Positions 1 through 10,900 of a DNA stretch of 64,000 nt are shown in pieces. The stretch's first letter is position 1. Each line of letters opens with the position of its first letter. A program made the position numbers and the translations under genes. The stretch covers positions 22,307 through 86,306 of IMG/VR virus record IMGVR_UViG_3300042332_001215; one strand, 5' to 3'. The notes under the pieces are model-generated. The model was not told the origin of the DNA and searched no databases. It worked only from the letters and a program-made list of their open reading frames with translations. This DNA is from a virus.

Positions 1-939
1 TAATATAGTAGTAATTCTTGCAGCACCTTGACTAGCCACCATTCGTGTTGCAGTATTAGTTCCGTCTGGAGTGACTCCAGCACTACTTGTAAGTGTAGGA
101 GAATTATTTAAATATTTTGTACCAGACCCACCCGCACCATTCGACCAACTATCAGTAAAAGTTTCACTAAATCTTGAAAAATTAGTAGATGGTGGTTCTA
201 TCAATAGACCAGATGATGTTGGTTTTCTTACATTACTTGTAGTTGTATGTACATATTCAGTTACTGTAGAACCTTCTTCTAGCTGTGGTGCCCAGAGAAA
301 CACAGTTCCAGAAGTTTGGAAATAAACTTGAAATCTTAAATAGTCATTCCCTGCAACTGTTCCAGTAAAAGTAAAATAAATTCTGTACCAATCATTTGGA
401 TATCTAACTACAGTATGATTTGATCCTCCATTGGTTGATATAATAGTACCAGTTACTGGATTAAATCTGAAATTAAATCCTTGCTGTTGATCATATAAGA
501 AAAATCCTGATAATACTACAGAAGTTTGAGTTCCTGCCTTTACAAAAATGGATGCAGTATATGTACCATTGCCTCTAGCAAAAACATCCTGATAAATTGA
601 CTCTGCACCAGATCCTCCTGCAGTTGCAGTCACTAAAGATGCAGTGGTAGTTCCATCTGGTGCAGTTGCATTAAACCCAGTGGTAGTTACAGAACCACCT
701 ACTTCAATTTCACTCCAAGGAACAAATGTTTCTGTAAATGGTAATAAATTTCGTTGGGTTCTAAAGTCAAAACAAAACCTTGGAGTATCTGCTGGAAGAG
801 TTTTTAACTGTCCAGTTTCATCAATAAATGAACCAGAAGTACTTCTAGTAAATAATATTCTTGGATCTAATTTTTGAGACTTTGCAAAGTCTATAGACAA
901 AGATGGATATTCGTCTGTGAAATTTTGAGAGATTGCCAT
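1..939 (-). CDS. Virion structural/tail-associated protein, 3'-truncated by the window edge
   Basis: Read manually: ATG at 939, MAISQNFTDEYPSLSIDFAKSQKLDPRILFTRSTSGSFIDETGQL...PRF; this N-terminal motif is typical of cyanophage fibre/spike proteins. It starts 3 nt after the stop of the upstream gene. Absent from the ORF track, consistent with no stop inside the window. Confidence 0.7.
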   Translation of the reverse strand, partial: MAISQNFTDEYPSLSIDFAKSQKLDPRILFTRSTSGSFIDETGQLKTLPADTPRFCFDFRTQRNLLPFTETFVPWSEIEVGGSVTTTGFNATAPDGTTTASLVTATAGGSGAESIYQDVFARGNGTYTASIFVKAGTQTSVVLSGFFLYDQQQGFNFRFNPVTGTIISTNGGSNHTVVRYPNDWYRIYFTFTGTVAGNDYLRFQVYFQTSGTVFLWAPQLEEGSTVTEYVHTTTSNVRKPTSSGLLIEPPSTNFSRFSETFTDSWSNGAGGSGTKYLNNSPTLTSSAGVTPDGTNTATRMVASQGAARITTIL

Positions 940-942
940 AAT

Positions 943-2241
943 TTACCTCACTAACCACTCTTCTACAGTTGCACTAATATCTCGCATTTTGATCCACCTT
1001 TCTGCTACTGGTTGCCCTTTACGAAGTCTGAGTTTACCAACTAATCCAACTGGAGACCATTCAGGCCTATCTTCTCTAGAAATATATTCCTGAGTTGCAT
1101 CATACTCGGGATTTAATTTGCGATGCATAAATCTTTTTCCATTATCTTCATGAGTTTTAACTATTGCATCTTCTGGAACTATAACACCTTCTGGAATATT
1201 CCAATCTTCAATAGTTTTTGTAACTTCCATTGGAGTTCCAGATTCATCTGTAATAATTTCTTTCCATTCTAAAACATTATGTTCTTCCCAAATATAACAA
1301 TTAAATTCATCTTTTAAATACTTATCTGCCCAGTGATTCCATGCATTATCTGCAAGAACTGCAGGATTTCCAGATACAACTCCAATAATATTTTCATCTC
1401 CTTCAATAGATTTACGAATTTGTGTGCCAACTAAAGTTACACTATATCCTCTGCGGTCTTCATTATTGGGATTGCCATCTTCCCATTCAAACATCTCAGC
1501 ATAGTCTGCAGGACTGGACATGGTTGTGCCACCGTCACTGAAAACTACTCCATCGCCTCTAACTGTAAATTCATTATCTGAATAGGCTCCAGAAGCATAT
1601 AACACAAAAGTATATCCATTACTGGCAGATCTATACACTGTGTTTTGAGATAATGTTGAACCATAACTAAAATTACGATTTTCTACAATTAAACTAGGAT
1701 GTGCAGAATTTGCAACAAATTCATTGGTCAATAATGCACTATTAACATAAGACCCATCAGTAGTTACCTTTAAAGCTCCACCATTCATCAACCTCATTCT
1801 TTCATTGTTATTGCCAGTCCAAACATAAGTTCCAGTAGTATCACTATTTCCAAATCTTAAACGATTTCCACCTTCAACATCAATAAAATATCCTACATTA
1901 CCATTGATATAATCAAATTGAAGTTCTCCACCTTCAGTTGCAGCATTAGGTTTTAATCTAAGTTCTCTTCCAACATGTATTGGGCCAGAAGTTTGACTTC
2001 CTAATGTTAATGGTTGAGCACTCCCAGGTAAAATGGATCCTGCTCTTTCAAATCTTAAGTTAACATTATTAATACCATCACCAATATAAACATCAGCTGC
2101 AGTATTACCGACAGATAAACTACCTCCAGTATTGGTAATGGCTAAATTGCCATTGGCATCTATTCTCATTAATGCCTTTGATGAATTATTATCTTGAAAA
2201 TCTATTTGGCCAGAAGCTGGCGTTATGATTACATCAGGCAT
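943..2241 (-). CDS. Tail fibre/spike protein with C-terminal peptidase G2-type intramolecular chaperone domain
   Basis: C-terminal ADYAEMFEWEDGNPNNEDRRGYSVTL...IIGVVS...EYISREDRPEWSPVGLVGKLRLR is the peptidase G2/IMC autocleavage signature. Confidence 0.8.
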   Translation of the reverse strand: MPDVIITPASGQIDFQDNNSSKALMRIDANGNLAITNTGGSLSVGNTAADVYIGDGINNVNLRFERAGSILPGSAQPLTLGSQTSGPIHVGRELRLKPNAATEGGELQFDYINGNVGYFIDVEGGNRLRFGNSDTTGTYVWTGNNNERMRLMNGGALKVTTDGSYVNSALLTNEFVANSAHPSLIVENRNFSYGSTLSQNTVYRSASNGYTFVLYASGAYSDNEFTVRGDGVVFSDGGTTMSSPADYAEMFEWEDGNPNNEDRRGYSVTLVGTQIRKSIEGDENIIGVVSGNPAVLADNAWNHWADKYLKDEFNCYIWEEHNVLEWKEIITDESGTPMEVTKTIEDWNIPEGVIVPEDAIVKTHEDNGKRFMHRKLNPEYDATQEYISREDRPEWSPVGLVGKLRLRKGQPVAERWIKMRDISATVEEWLVR

Positions 2242-4727
2242 TAGATAAACCTCCCTCCGATACGAGTAATTAATGCACCAAATACACTTCTAATACTATA
2301 ATTTAGTCTAGGTTGGCTGCCACAATTGGCAACATCAAAAGCAGAATTTGGATATGTTCTGTCTAGATAAAGTTCGATATTTTTCATCCAGAATCCTTCT
2401 GCAGTATCAGTATTGCTCCCAGCAGTAATACCAACTTGAATATTTCTTGCGAAATTAACTGGGTTAATTGTAATTCGTCTTTCTTCATAATTTGATACCG
2501 ACGCTGCAGTAAATGCAATTGATGTCTGCCCACCTGCAAGTCTTGTACTCCACTGGCCACCAGAGTTACTTAATTGATTTGGTGAAATTGCCAGTTGAAG
2601 ATCTCTTGCTTCTAAAGTTGGATAGTTAGAGCCAGACCAACCAGTTGCAAGTTTAATATTTGCACTAATTCTAAGTGTAGCTCCTGCAGGAACTAATATA
2701 GTTTCTGTAAATGCATATCCGTATTCATTATAATCATATCTGAATAATACTCTCCATGCATTTTCAGTATTATCCCAAAATCTTTCACAACCAGTTGCAT
2801 ATTGTCTGACTGCATCATACTCAAAATTATCTTCAAAAATAGTAAATGAACTATACCCAAGATTGCCACGATCTTGTTGCCTAAGACCAGGACCAGCTTG
2901 AGCAGTTCCTAATTGTGGATTGATTAATCCCGAAAGATATCTACTACTTGAATAGTATATTGAGTTTACAATAGTTTCAAAATTATGTCCGTATCTCAAC
3001 CCAGTAAATTTAAATTTATACCCTCCAAGTGCGGCTTGTTGACTATTAAAGTGTGATACTCCATAAGCACCGGCATCAGCAATGAAATCATGATATCCTA
3101 AACCATATTCATATGGATGTAACCATCTCATATGGTTGTCTGCTCTACTTGAATAATTGTATGCAAATTCTCCAAGTTCATGGAGTCCTTCGGATCTATA
3201 ATTTGTAGATTGATTTCTAGTTGATATGCAGTTATACACAGCTTGTCCTGGTTGATACCAAGGTGCATTAAAACCATTCCAAGTATTTGCACAAAAACAG
3301 TTTCGTAGTTTTACATATCTACAGTCCCAAGAAAATACTCCACCAATATCAATTACTGCAAGAGTTCCATTTACAGTAAATCCTTCAAACCATCCATTTC
3401 TTTGATGATTTCCAATTGTTTGAGAAATAGTTACTGGAAGTGAGTTTGAACTACACCAGCCTCTAAAACTCACTCCTCTTGCATTACCATCTACTGAGTT
3501 TCCGACTCTTCTGAACTGAACATCTTTAATAACTATTTTTTTATTGAAATTGGCAATTGTGTTATAATCTCCAGTACCAACATAATAATCAGTATGAAAA
3601 AAAGCATGGTCACTATCAGTGACTCCTCTAATTTTAATTCTTCTGGTGAGTCTAGTAACTAATGCACCAGACACAACAGTATATGGAAGAGTTGCACTTA
3701 AAGTTATGACATTTCCACTCACCGATGATACTGTACGCATTGTATCATATGCGTTCCATCCAAAATCTGTAGAACCTCCAACTTCACTTCTTGCTTCTAT
3801 CCAAATTTCATCTCCAGCAGCAAACCTAGTAGCATCTGCAACTGTAATAGTAGAAGTTCCTGAGTTTGATTGTGCAGTTGTTACTGTTGCAACCTTTCTG
3901 ATTTTTTCTCCACTATCATGAAATTTTTCTGTACCTGATAGATAAACTGGCAAGTTTGCAATAGTTCCAGTTGTTGTAGTATCAAATGTTAAAGTATTGG
4001 TTGCATAATCAATTGCAGTAATAAGTTCTGTATTTCTGTTTGTACCTGTTCCAAAAATAACTCTTTGACCTACTCTGAAAACTTTAGCATTTGAAACTCG
4101 AACTATATTGGTTCCAGCTACTGCATTAGATGCTATAGTTGCATCTGGAAATACAAATTGTCTAATAAAGATGGTATTTCCACTAATGTCATGAATCCAG
4201 AATCCTTCATCACGCATTGTACCATAATATGCTTCATCTGCAGTTGACCCATATGAATTATTGAAAATACTTATCCATTCACCCGCAGCAAATCCAGTTG
4301 AACTTGCTACAGAAAAACCATATGAATTTTCTGCATGTGCAGAAGTTGTGGTAGTAGATGGCATTCCATCTTCACCCTCTGCAATGAAAGCTGCAGCCGC
4401 CTCATTATATACCCACAATCCGTGGTTATCTGCGTTGGTTCCTGTAAATTCACATATTGCATCTCCTCGCATGTGATAAGTTCCCCCACCCCTTACATGC
4501 AATCTACCATTCATTCTAATAGTGCTTGTACCACTAGAAGTATGTTGAAGAATTCCAAAAATGTTTGAATCTTCAAATCCATTAGTATGTACTGGAGTAG
4601 ATGCGTCAACAGTTACAGTATGTCCAGCATTAATTTGAAACCCATCTCTGTTTGCTGGTACTACACCACCACTCCATGTACTGGTTGCACTAAAGTTTCC
4701 TGATTGTGCTGATTGAATATATGCCAT
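2241..4727 (-). CDS. Tail-associated beta-rich (beta-helix/G8-like N-terminus) virion protein
   Basis: 828 aa; N-terminal SAQSGNFSATSTWSGGVVP...INAGHTVTVD; lies within the fibre gene cluster. Confidence 0.55.
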   Translation of the reverse strand: MAYIQSAQSGNFSATSTWSGGVVPANRDGFQINAGHTVTVDASTPVHTNGFEDSNIFGILQHTSSGTSTIRMNGRLHVRGGGTYHMRGDAICEFTGTNADNHGLWVYNEAAAAFIAEGEDGMPSTTTTSAHAENSYGFSVASSTGFAAGEWISIFNNSYGSTADEAYYGTMRDEGFWIHDISGNTIFIRQFVFPDATIASNAVAGTNIVRVSNAKVFRVGQRVIFGTGTNRNTELITAIDYATNTLTFDTTTTGTIANLPVYLSGTEKFHDSGEKIRKVATVTTAQSNSGTSTITVADATRFAAGDEIWIEARSEVGGSTDFGWNAYDTMRTVSSVSGNVITLSATLPYTVVSGALVTRLTRRIKIRGVTDSDHAFFHTDYYVGTGDYNTIANFNKKIVIKDVQFRRVGNSVDGNARGVSFRGWCSSNSLPVTISQTIGNHQRNGWFEGFTVNGTLAVIDIGGVFSWDCRYVKLRNCFCANTWNGFNAPWYQPGQAVYNCISTRNQSTNYRSEGLHELGEFAYNYSSRADNHMRWLHPYEYGLGYHDFIADAGAYGVSHFNSQQAALGGYKFKFTGLRYGHNFETIVNSIYYSSSRYLSGLINPQLGTAQAGPGLRQQDRGNLGYSSFTIFEDNFEYDAVRQYATGCERFWDNTENAWRVLFRYDYNEYGYAFTETILVPAGATLRISANIKLATGWSGSNYPTLEARDLQLAISPNQLSNSGGQWSTRLAGGQTSIAFTAASVSNYEERRITINPVNFARNIQVGITAGSNTDTAEGFWMKNIELYLDRTYPNSAFDVANCGSQPRLNYSIRSVFGALITRIGGRFI

Positions 4728-4903
4728 TATACCACACTCCTATCAGTAATCAATTGCTCATATACATTTGGCATAGAGTACTCTGGCTTTACAACTTCTA
4801 CCACGATCTCTCCATCATTTTCATAAACTTCATTAATAAGAACTGATGAATCATCACAGGTTACATCCAAAGTTGTTTTGTTTATCGTTAAACGAATATT
4901 CAT
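4727..4903 (-). CDS. Small hypothetical protein (58 aa)
   Basis: Manually translated MNIRLTINKTTLDVTCDDSS...TDRSVV*; GAGG RBS upstream; stop overlaps the next ATG. Confidence 0.6.
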   Translation of the reverse strand: MNIRLTINKTTLDVTCDDSSVLINEVYENDGEIVVEVVKPEYSMPNVYEQLITDRSVV

Positions 4904-4926
4904 TGATAATTACCTCTTCTTAGTAT

Positions 4927-7900
4927 TTATGATTCATATTCAGTAATGAGTTTATCAACATCTTTTCTTTCTGCAAATACAGTGAAGAAACAGTTGATAA
5001 CATCATTAGAAGATTCGATAACAATACTATTATTTGAGATATCAATCACACTATGAATACCTGGATTTCTTCCGATTGGAGTAAGGTTTACTGTGATTGA
5101 GTCTTCAGCTACCAACTCAGTCCAGTATTCTGGAAGTTCAATAGTATTACTTTCAGACAGTCTTCCTCTGATATAGACTCCGTTTTCTGGACCTTCTAGA
5201 GATCCATAACGAAGTTTGAATCCTGGTTTTGTTGGGTGATCAATTACGAATGACTTGGTGGTTGCAGCAAATGAACCGTTGACTTGTAATTTAAATGTTG
5301 GAGATGCAGTATCAATACCAACATTTCCAGTGGTAGCTTTAATTATAATTCCAGTAGCAGACATTGCCTGAAGTCTTAAGTCTCCAGAATCATTCCTGAC
5401 AGTAGCTGTTCTAGTTCCACCATCTGCAGATCTGTTTTGGCTATTGAGGAAGAAATATGCATTCGCATCACCAGTATTTAAATGGAATGCAGAATATGCA
5501 GAAACTCCAGTACTAGCGTTTTGAGTGAATGTATGTATTGCTCCATCAGCATTTGTATAATTTGTAAACCTCTGTCCTGGACTATTTGTGTTGATGCCAA
5601 CATTTCCAGTATTTGCAAATGTGTGAAGTATGTTTGGTGCGGATGCTGTGTCACCAAGAGCAGGCATTCTTGCGAAAATTAAGTTTCCTCCTCCATTCAC
5701 CATTGCCCATGGATTACTATTAGTGGAATCTAAAATACCAATGGCATTATTTCTACTTCCACCAACAATAATATTTGCACCATAGTTAAATGCTGACCAT
5801 TGAGGGGCATTTGTTCTTACATCAAGTGTTGCTACTGGGCCTGCACTTCCAATTCCAATCCTTCCATCACTTGTGATAGTAAATCTAGGACCAACACCAG
5901 CACCCCAGTTGCCATTCCAAAAATTGAAAGATCCGTTTCCTTCAGAACCAAAGTGGAAGTTGTTAGTTGCAGTTGCACTTCTACCTAACTGAATAAATCC
6001 ATATCCACTTGTTTGAGATTGTGCAATTGTTAACTGTGCAGTTGTCGTGGATGGATTATAAATCTGAGTAGGACTATAATCATCCATGAATGCCAACTGA
6101 CCTAGATATTGGTTCAGTGGAATTTGGTTTGGATTGAAACCAACATCTCGTTGAGTTACTACATTATAAAAAGTTCCATCACCAGGATTCTCTGTAATAT
6201 AACCATTAACTGCTAGCGGAGAAGGAGGAGTTGTTAATCCTCCAATTCCTACATGACCAGTTTGGTGATGAATAAAGAATGGACTTCTATTGATATTTGC
6301 TTGATATATAGAAAAATCTTCATTTCCATTACCATTGGCATCAATCAAAATCTGATGAGATGCACCATTGCCAAATGCAATTGAAGCTCGTTTTGAAGTT
6401 GCATGTGAAGTATTTTGGATTCTTAATGAATATGGGAATTGTGAAGTTTCTCCGCCAATATCTAATTTAACTAATGCATTTGTGGTGCCTATGCCAACAT
6501 TTCCTCCAGATGGATTTAATAAAGTTTGTGCAGTGGTAAATCCAGATCCTCTTTTTGCCCATAAAATATAATTTTCAGTAGAAAATGCATCATTAATAAA
6601 TGATATTCTGAAATCATTTGATGTATCATGATAAATTCTAGATTTTTTCTGGTCTGTTCCAGCACCCATGTTTTCCAGAACAATATTAGATTCTCCAGCT
6701 GCAGCTATATGCAATTGTCTGTTTGCATTTGTGGTGCCGATGCCAACATTTCCAGTTGAATTAATTACAAATCTATAAAGAGCTGTTGCATTATCATAAA
6801 TGTAGAATGAATTCGCTGGAGATGATGCAGAACCTCTTGCACCTACTTCCCAATCATTACCATTTGTGAGTAATCTTAAAGTTGCTCTGCCAGTATTTAC
6901 TTGACTTTCTAAAGCAAGTGTATCACCATCTTGAACAACATGTAATTTATATTGAGGATTTGTGGTGCCTATTCCCAGGTTCCCATTGTTATCAATTCTT
7001 AATTTTTCTCCATTAACATCAAATACAATTTTAGAACTTGCATTAATATATAAACCTGCAGGAATAGAACCAGCACCGATAGTTCCTTCAGCTTTTGCAG
7101 AAATGCTAGCAAATGAATTTTGAATAGTATTATTAGAATCTACTCCTCTCCATAATAAAGTGCCTAATGTATCTCCATTCTGAACAGATAGGTTATTTCT
7201 ACTTTTTTCTAAAATAAAATATCCAGAATTTACATCATTTGAATCATTTCTTGAAATAATTTGAGATTCAAATGATGTGCCACTAGACATTCTCAATGAA
7301 CCAAATCCATCAAATGCAAAAGCTGGATTTATATTATTTCCAACTGCAACTCTACCTTGGCGATTAACAAAAAGACCTACAAGTAATTGATTGGAGGAAT
7401 TTAATGTAGGAATAGTTGGTGCAGTTCCTATTGAAAAATCCCCCATATTTGAGATAGTTGTAATATCAAATCTAATGTCATTGATAGTGTTTATTGGAAC
7501 TTGTGCAGCATAAGTATAGTTTACAAACAAATAATAACTATCATTATCAATTGTTTGATGGTGGAAAGTTATTTCTCCAGGTAATGCACCTAAAACAGTA
7601 TTAAGAATTGGAATTGAAGCGGTTCCCCAATCTCTATGTAAAGTTACCTCAAATCCTTCTTCAGCGTTATTTCCTCCAGCATAGATGAGTAATTTAGCAG
7701 TTCCATTAAAAAATCTACCAACATAAAGTGGTTTTGCAGTATCTGCGACACCACCTGCAGTTGCTTTTGCTGGAACTGCAATATATCTGTAAAATCTTGA
7801 TACTGAACCAGCACCACCAACTTTTAGATAAGTTACACTTTCATTATGTACACTATTAATATGCAATTTTGCAGTTGCATTAGTATTACCAATACCTACA

Positions 7901-10900
7901 TTTCCAGCAGCTGTAATACGAACTGCTTGAACATTACCATTACTTGTTCTAAAATTGATATAATTTGTTGAAACTATTGTGGCGTTTGCAGCTCTAAAAG
8001 CTACTTCATTTTCTGGAGTAATTGTGAAAGAAAATAGTCTTGCATCTGCACCACTATAAGTTACTCCGTCTAATGGAGTAGTTCTTGAAAATGTCAGCAA
8101 ACTATGCACATCCATGTTTGCTGGAGACCCACCATAAGTTACAGTAAAGTTTGTTTGTCCGTTGGTAGCTATTGCAAGTCTATTACTTGTACCAAGATCT
8201 GCCCAGTTGTTTGAAATTTTAAATATATCATTATCAGAATTATCAATACCAGCAGACCAACCAATTACACCTCCAATATCAAAAGAAATAAATGGATCTC
8301 CTGAGTTAGCTCCATTTGTTCTAACTGCTACTGTAGAATGTGCAGTTGTAGAATTAGAATTTCCATTAAGTAGATATATTGATGGAGTATTAGTATCTCC
8401 AGGACTTGTAAAAGCAGTATTACTGTTTTCAATATGTATCCTGGCTGATGGATTTGTAATTCCAATGCCAATATTTCCAGAAGAAAGAATTGTGAATCTA
8501 TCTACAAAAGTTGTAGTTCCGCCATGATTAAATGTATAGTGCAATGCAGAAGTGTTTGTACCACCAGTCTGAACAAATTTCATGTCCAACATAGCGTTGG
8601 TAGTTGGAGTACCTGGATTTACTCTAAATCCAAGAATACTCATAGCATTTGTAGTGGCGCTTTCATTTATAAGAGAAATCGTCCTATTAACATCGCCAAC
8701 ATCTGTATTCGTTGCAAATGCAGTGTTAGATGTAAACCCTACTGTAAGGCCATTTACAGATCTAGGAGCAGCTCCACCAATTCTTGCGTTTCCAATTACA
8801 TCAAATTTTGTAGTTGGATTGGTGGTGCCTATACCGACATTTCCATTGGCAAGAATACTAAGTCTTTCTGTACTACCTGTAGCAAATGACATTCTTCCAG
8901 TAGTGGAAGTTCCCCAAATTCCATAGTTATCATTTCCATGGAATATGTCTATATAAGTTGCTACTCCGCCACCTTGCACTCTTATATCGGCATTTCCAAC
9001 AGGTCTGTATATGTGAAGTTCTTGCTGCGGATTTGTTATGCCAATACCAATAAATCCGTCAGAGTTGATAATCAAGTCGTTTGTTCCGCCACCACTTCTT
9101 CTAAGAGCAAATGGAGCATAATCATCCATGAATGCAAGTTGACCAAGATACTGGTTCAGTGGTACTTGGTTTGGATTAAACCCAATATCTCTTTGAGTTA
9201 CTACATTATAATATATTCCATCTCCAGGATTCTCTGTGATGTATCCATTAACTGCAAGAGTTGATCCTGGATTTGTGGTACCTATGCCGACATTTCCAGC
9301 TGCATCAATTCTTACTCTTTCTTGGTTAGTTCCTGTAGAGTCTGCAAGAACAAATCTCATTGTTGCACCAGTTGCATAATAAGATGTTATGGAATATGCC
9401 CCAGTATCGGATACAGAAAGAGTTCCAACCGTAGCAATATTTGCGGAAAGTAAGGAAATATTGCCAACGACTTCTAATTTATTTGATGGATTTGTTCTAC
9501 CAATACCAACATTTCCACTTATATACGCACCACCACTAACTTGAAGAGATTGAGATGCAGTACCCGTTGCAGAACCTGTGTCAATCAATACTGCAGCATT
9601 TGCACCTGGATCCAAATATATATGACCAGATCCATCAGAAATTTGGTTTGTTATGGTAAACATATTTGAATCTGCATTACCAAAACCAGTCCAAGCTTTT
9701 CTTCCCGCAGCAGATCCATCTGGGAACCATTGAATATAACTATGAGTTCCTCCAACTAAATTCAATGTAGCTCCATCAGCTGTAAATTGACCTATGCCAA
9801 CTACATCAAAAGTATTTAATGGATTTGTTGTGCCAATTCCAACATTTCCACCAGCAGGATTTAATACTAAAGACCTGTATGCAATTCCATTTTCAGTTGA
9901 TTGAAGTTGCCATGCAGTATTAGTTAAATTACTAAATGCCAACTCCATAGAGTTTGCATCTGAAGATCTCAGACTCAAATAAGTATTGGATCCAGACTTA
10001 CCTCCAGTCATTACAAAAGCTTGACCTGAGACATGAAGTTTTGCAGATGGATTTGTTAAACCAATGCCGACATTACCACTTGGAGTCCAAATGAGTGCGT
10101 CTGTATTTACTGTATCGGAAGATGTTCGACTTCCAATAGCACCGATATCTGAAGAAGAATCTCCTCGCAAATAAACAAATCTAGAACCAAATGAACTAAA
10201 TGCTCTAATAGATCCTGTTGATTGAATGTTCCCACTAACTTCAAATCTCTGACCTGGATTTGTGATGCCGATGCCAACATTTCCATCAGAAATTCTCATC
10301 CATTCGGTATCAGTAGATTCACCAAATCTAATAGTGTTTTCGGATGTTACTGAACTTGTATTGAAGAAACTAATCCAACTTCTCTTAAAACCATCCTCAT
10401 CTACATTATATTGTATTCTAGTTTCTGATGTAACCCAATTTGATCCATTAGATGTTCTTCTAGATAAAATATCTAAGTTTGATTTATTACCAGTTAAACT
10501 CGTAAATCTTGCAACGGTATCAACATCTCCAGATGTCAAACCTAAACTAGATCCAAAAACATGCAATTTTCTTTCTGGAATTGTGGTGCCAATTCCCACC
10601 GAGTTATGAACTACTATATTTCCATTTCCTTCAATGGATAGTCTTTCCGTTCCGTTAGTTCCAAAAGATATAGGTCTATTACCTTCCGCATCAATATATG
10701 CCCCAGCGAACACACCTGCTCTTCCGCTCCTAGAGACATTTTGAGCTACACCAAAAGAGAGATTTGTTGAGAATGCAGCATTTCCTTTAATTTCTAACCC
10801 TGTGTATGCGCCACCTAGTGCTGTTCCAAAATCAACAGTAATTTTGCCAGTTGTTTTTAAGTCTCCAGATACATCTAATTTTGTCGCTGGATTTGTGGTG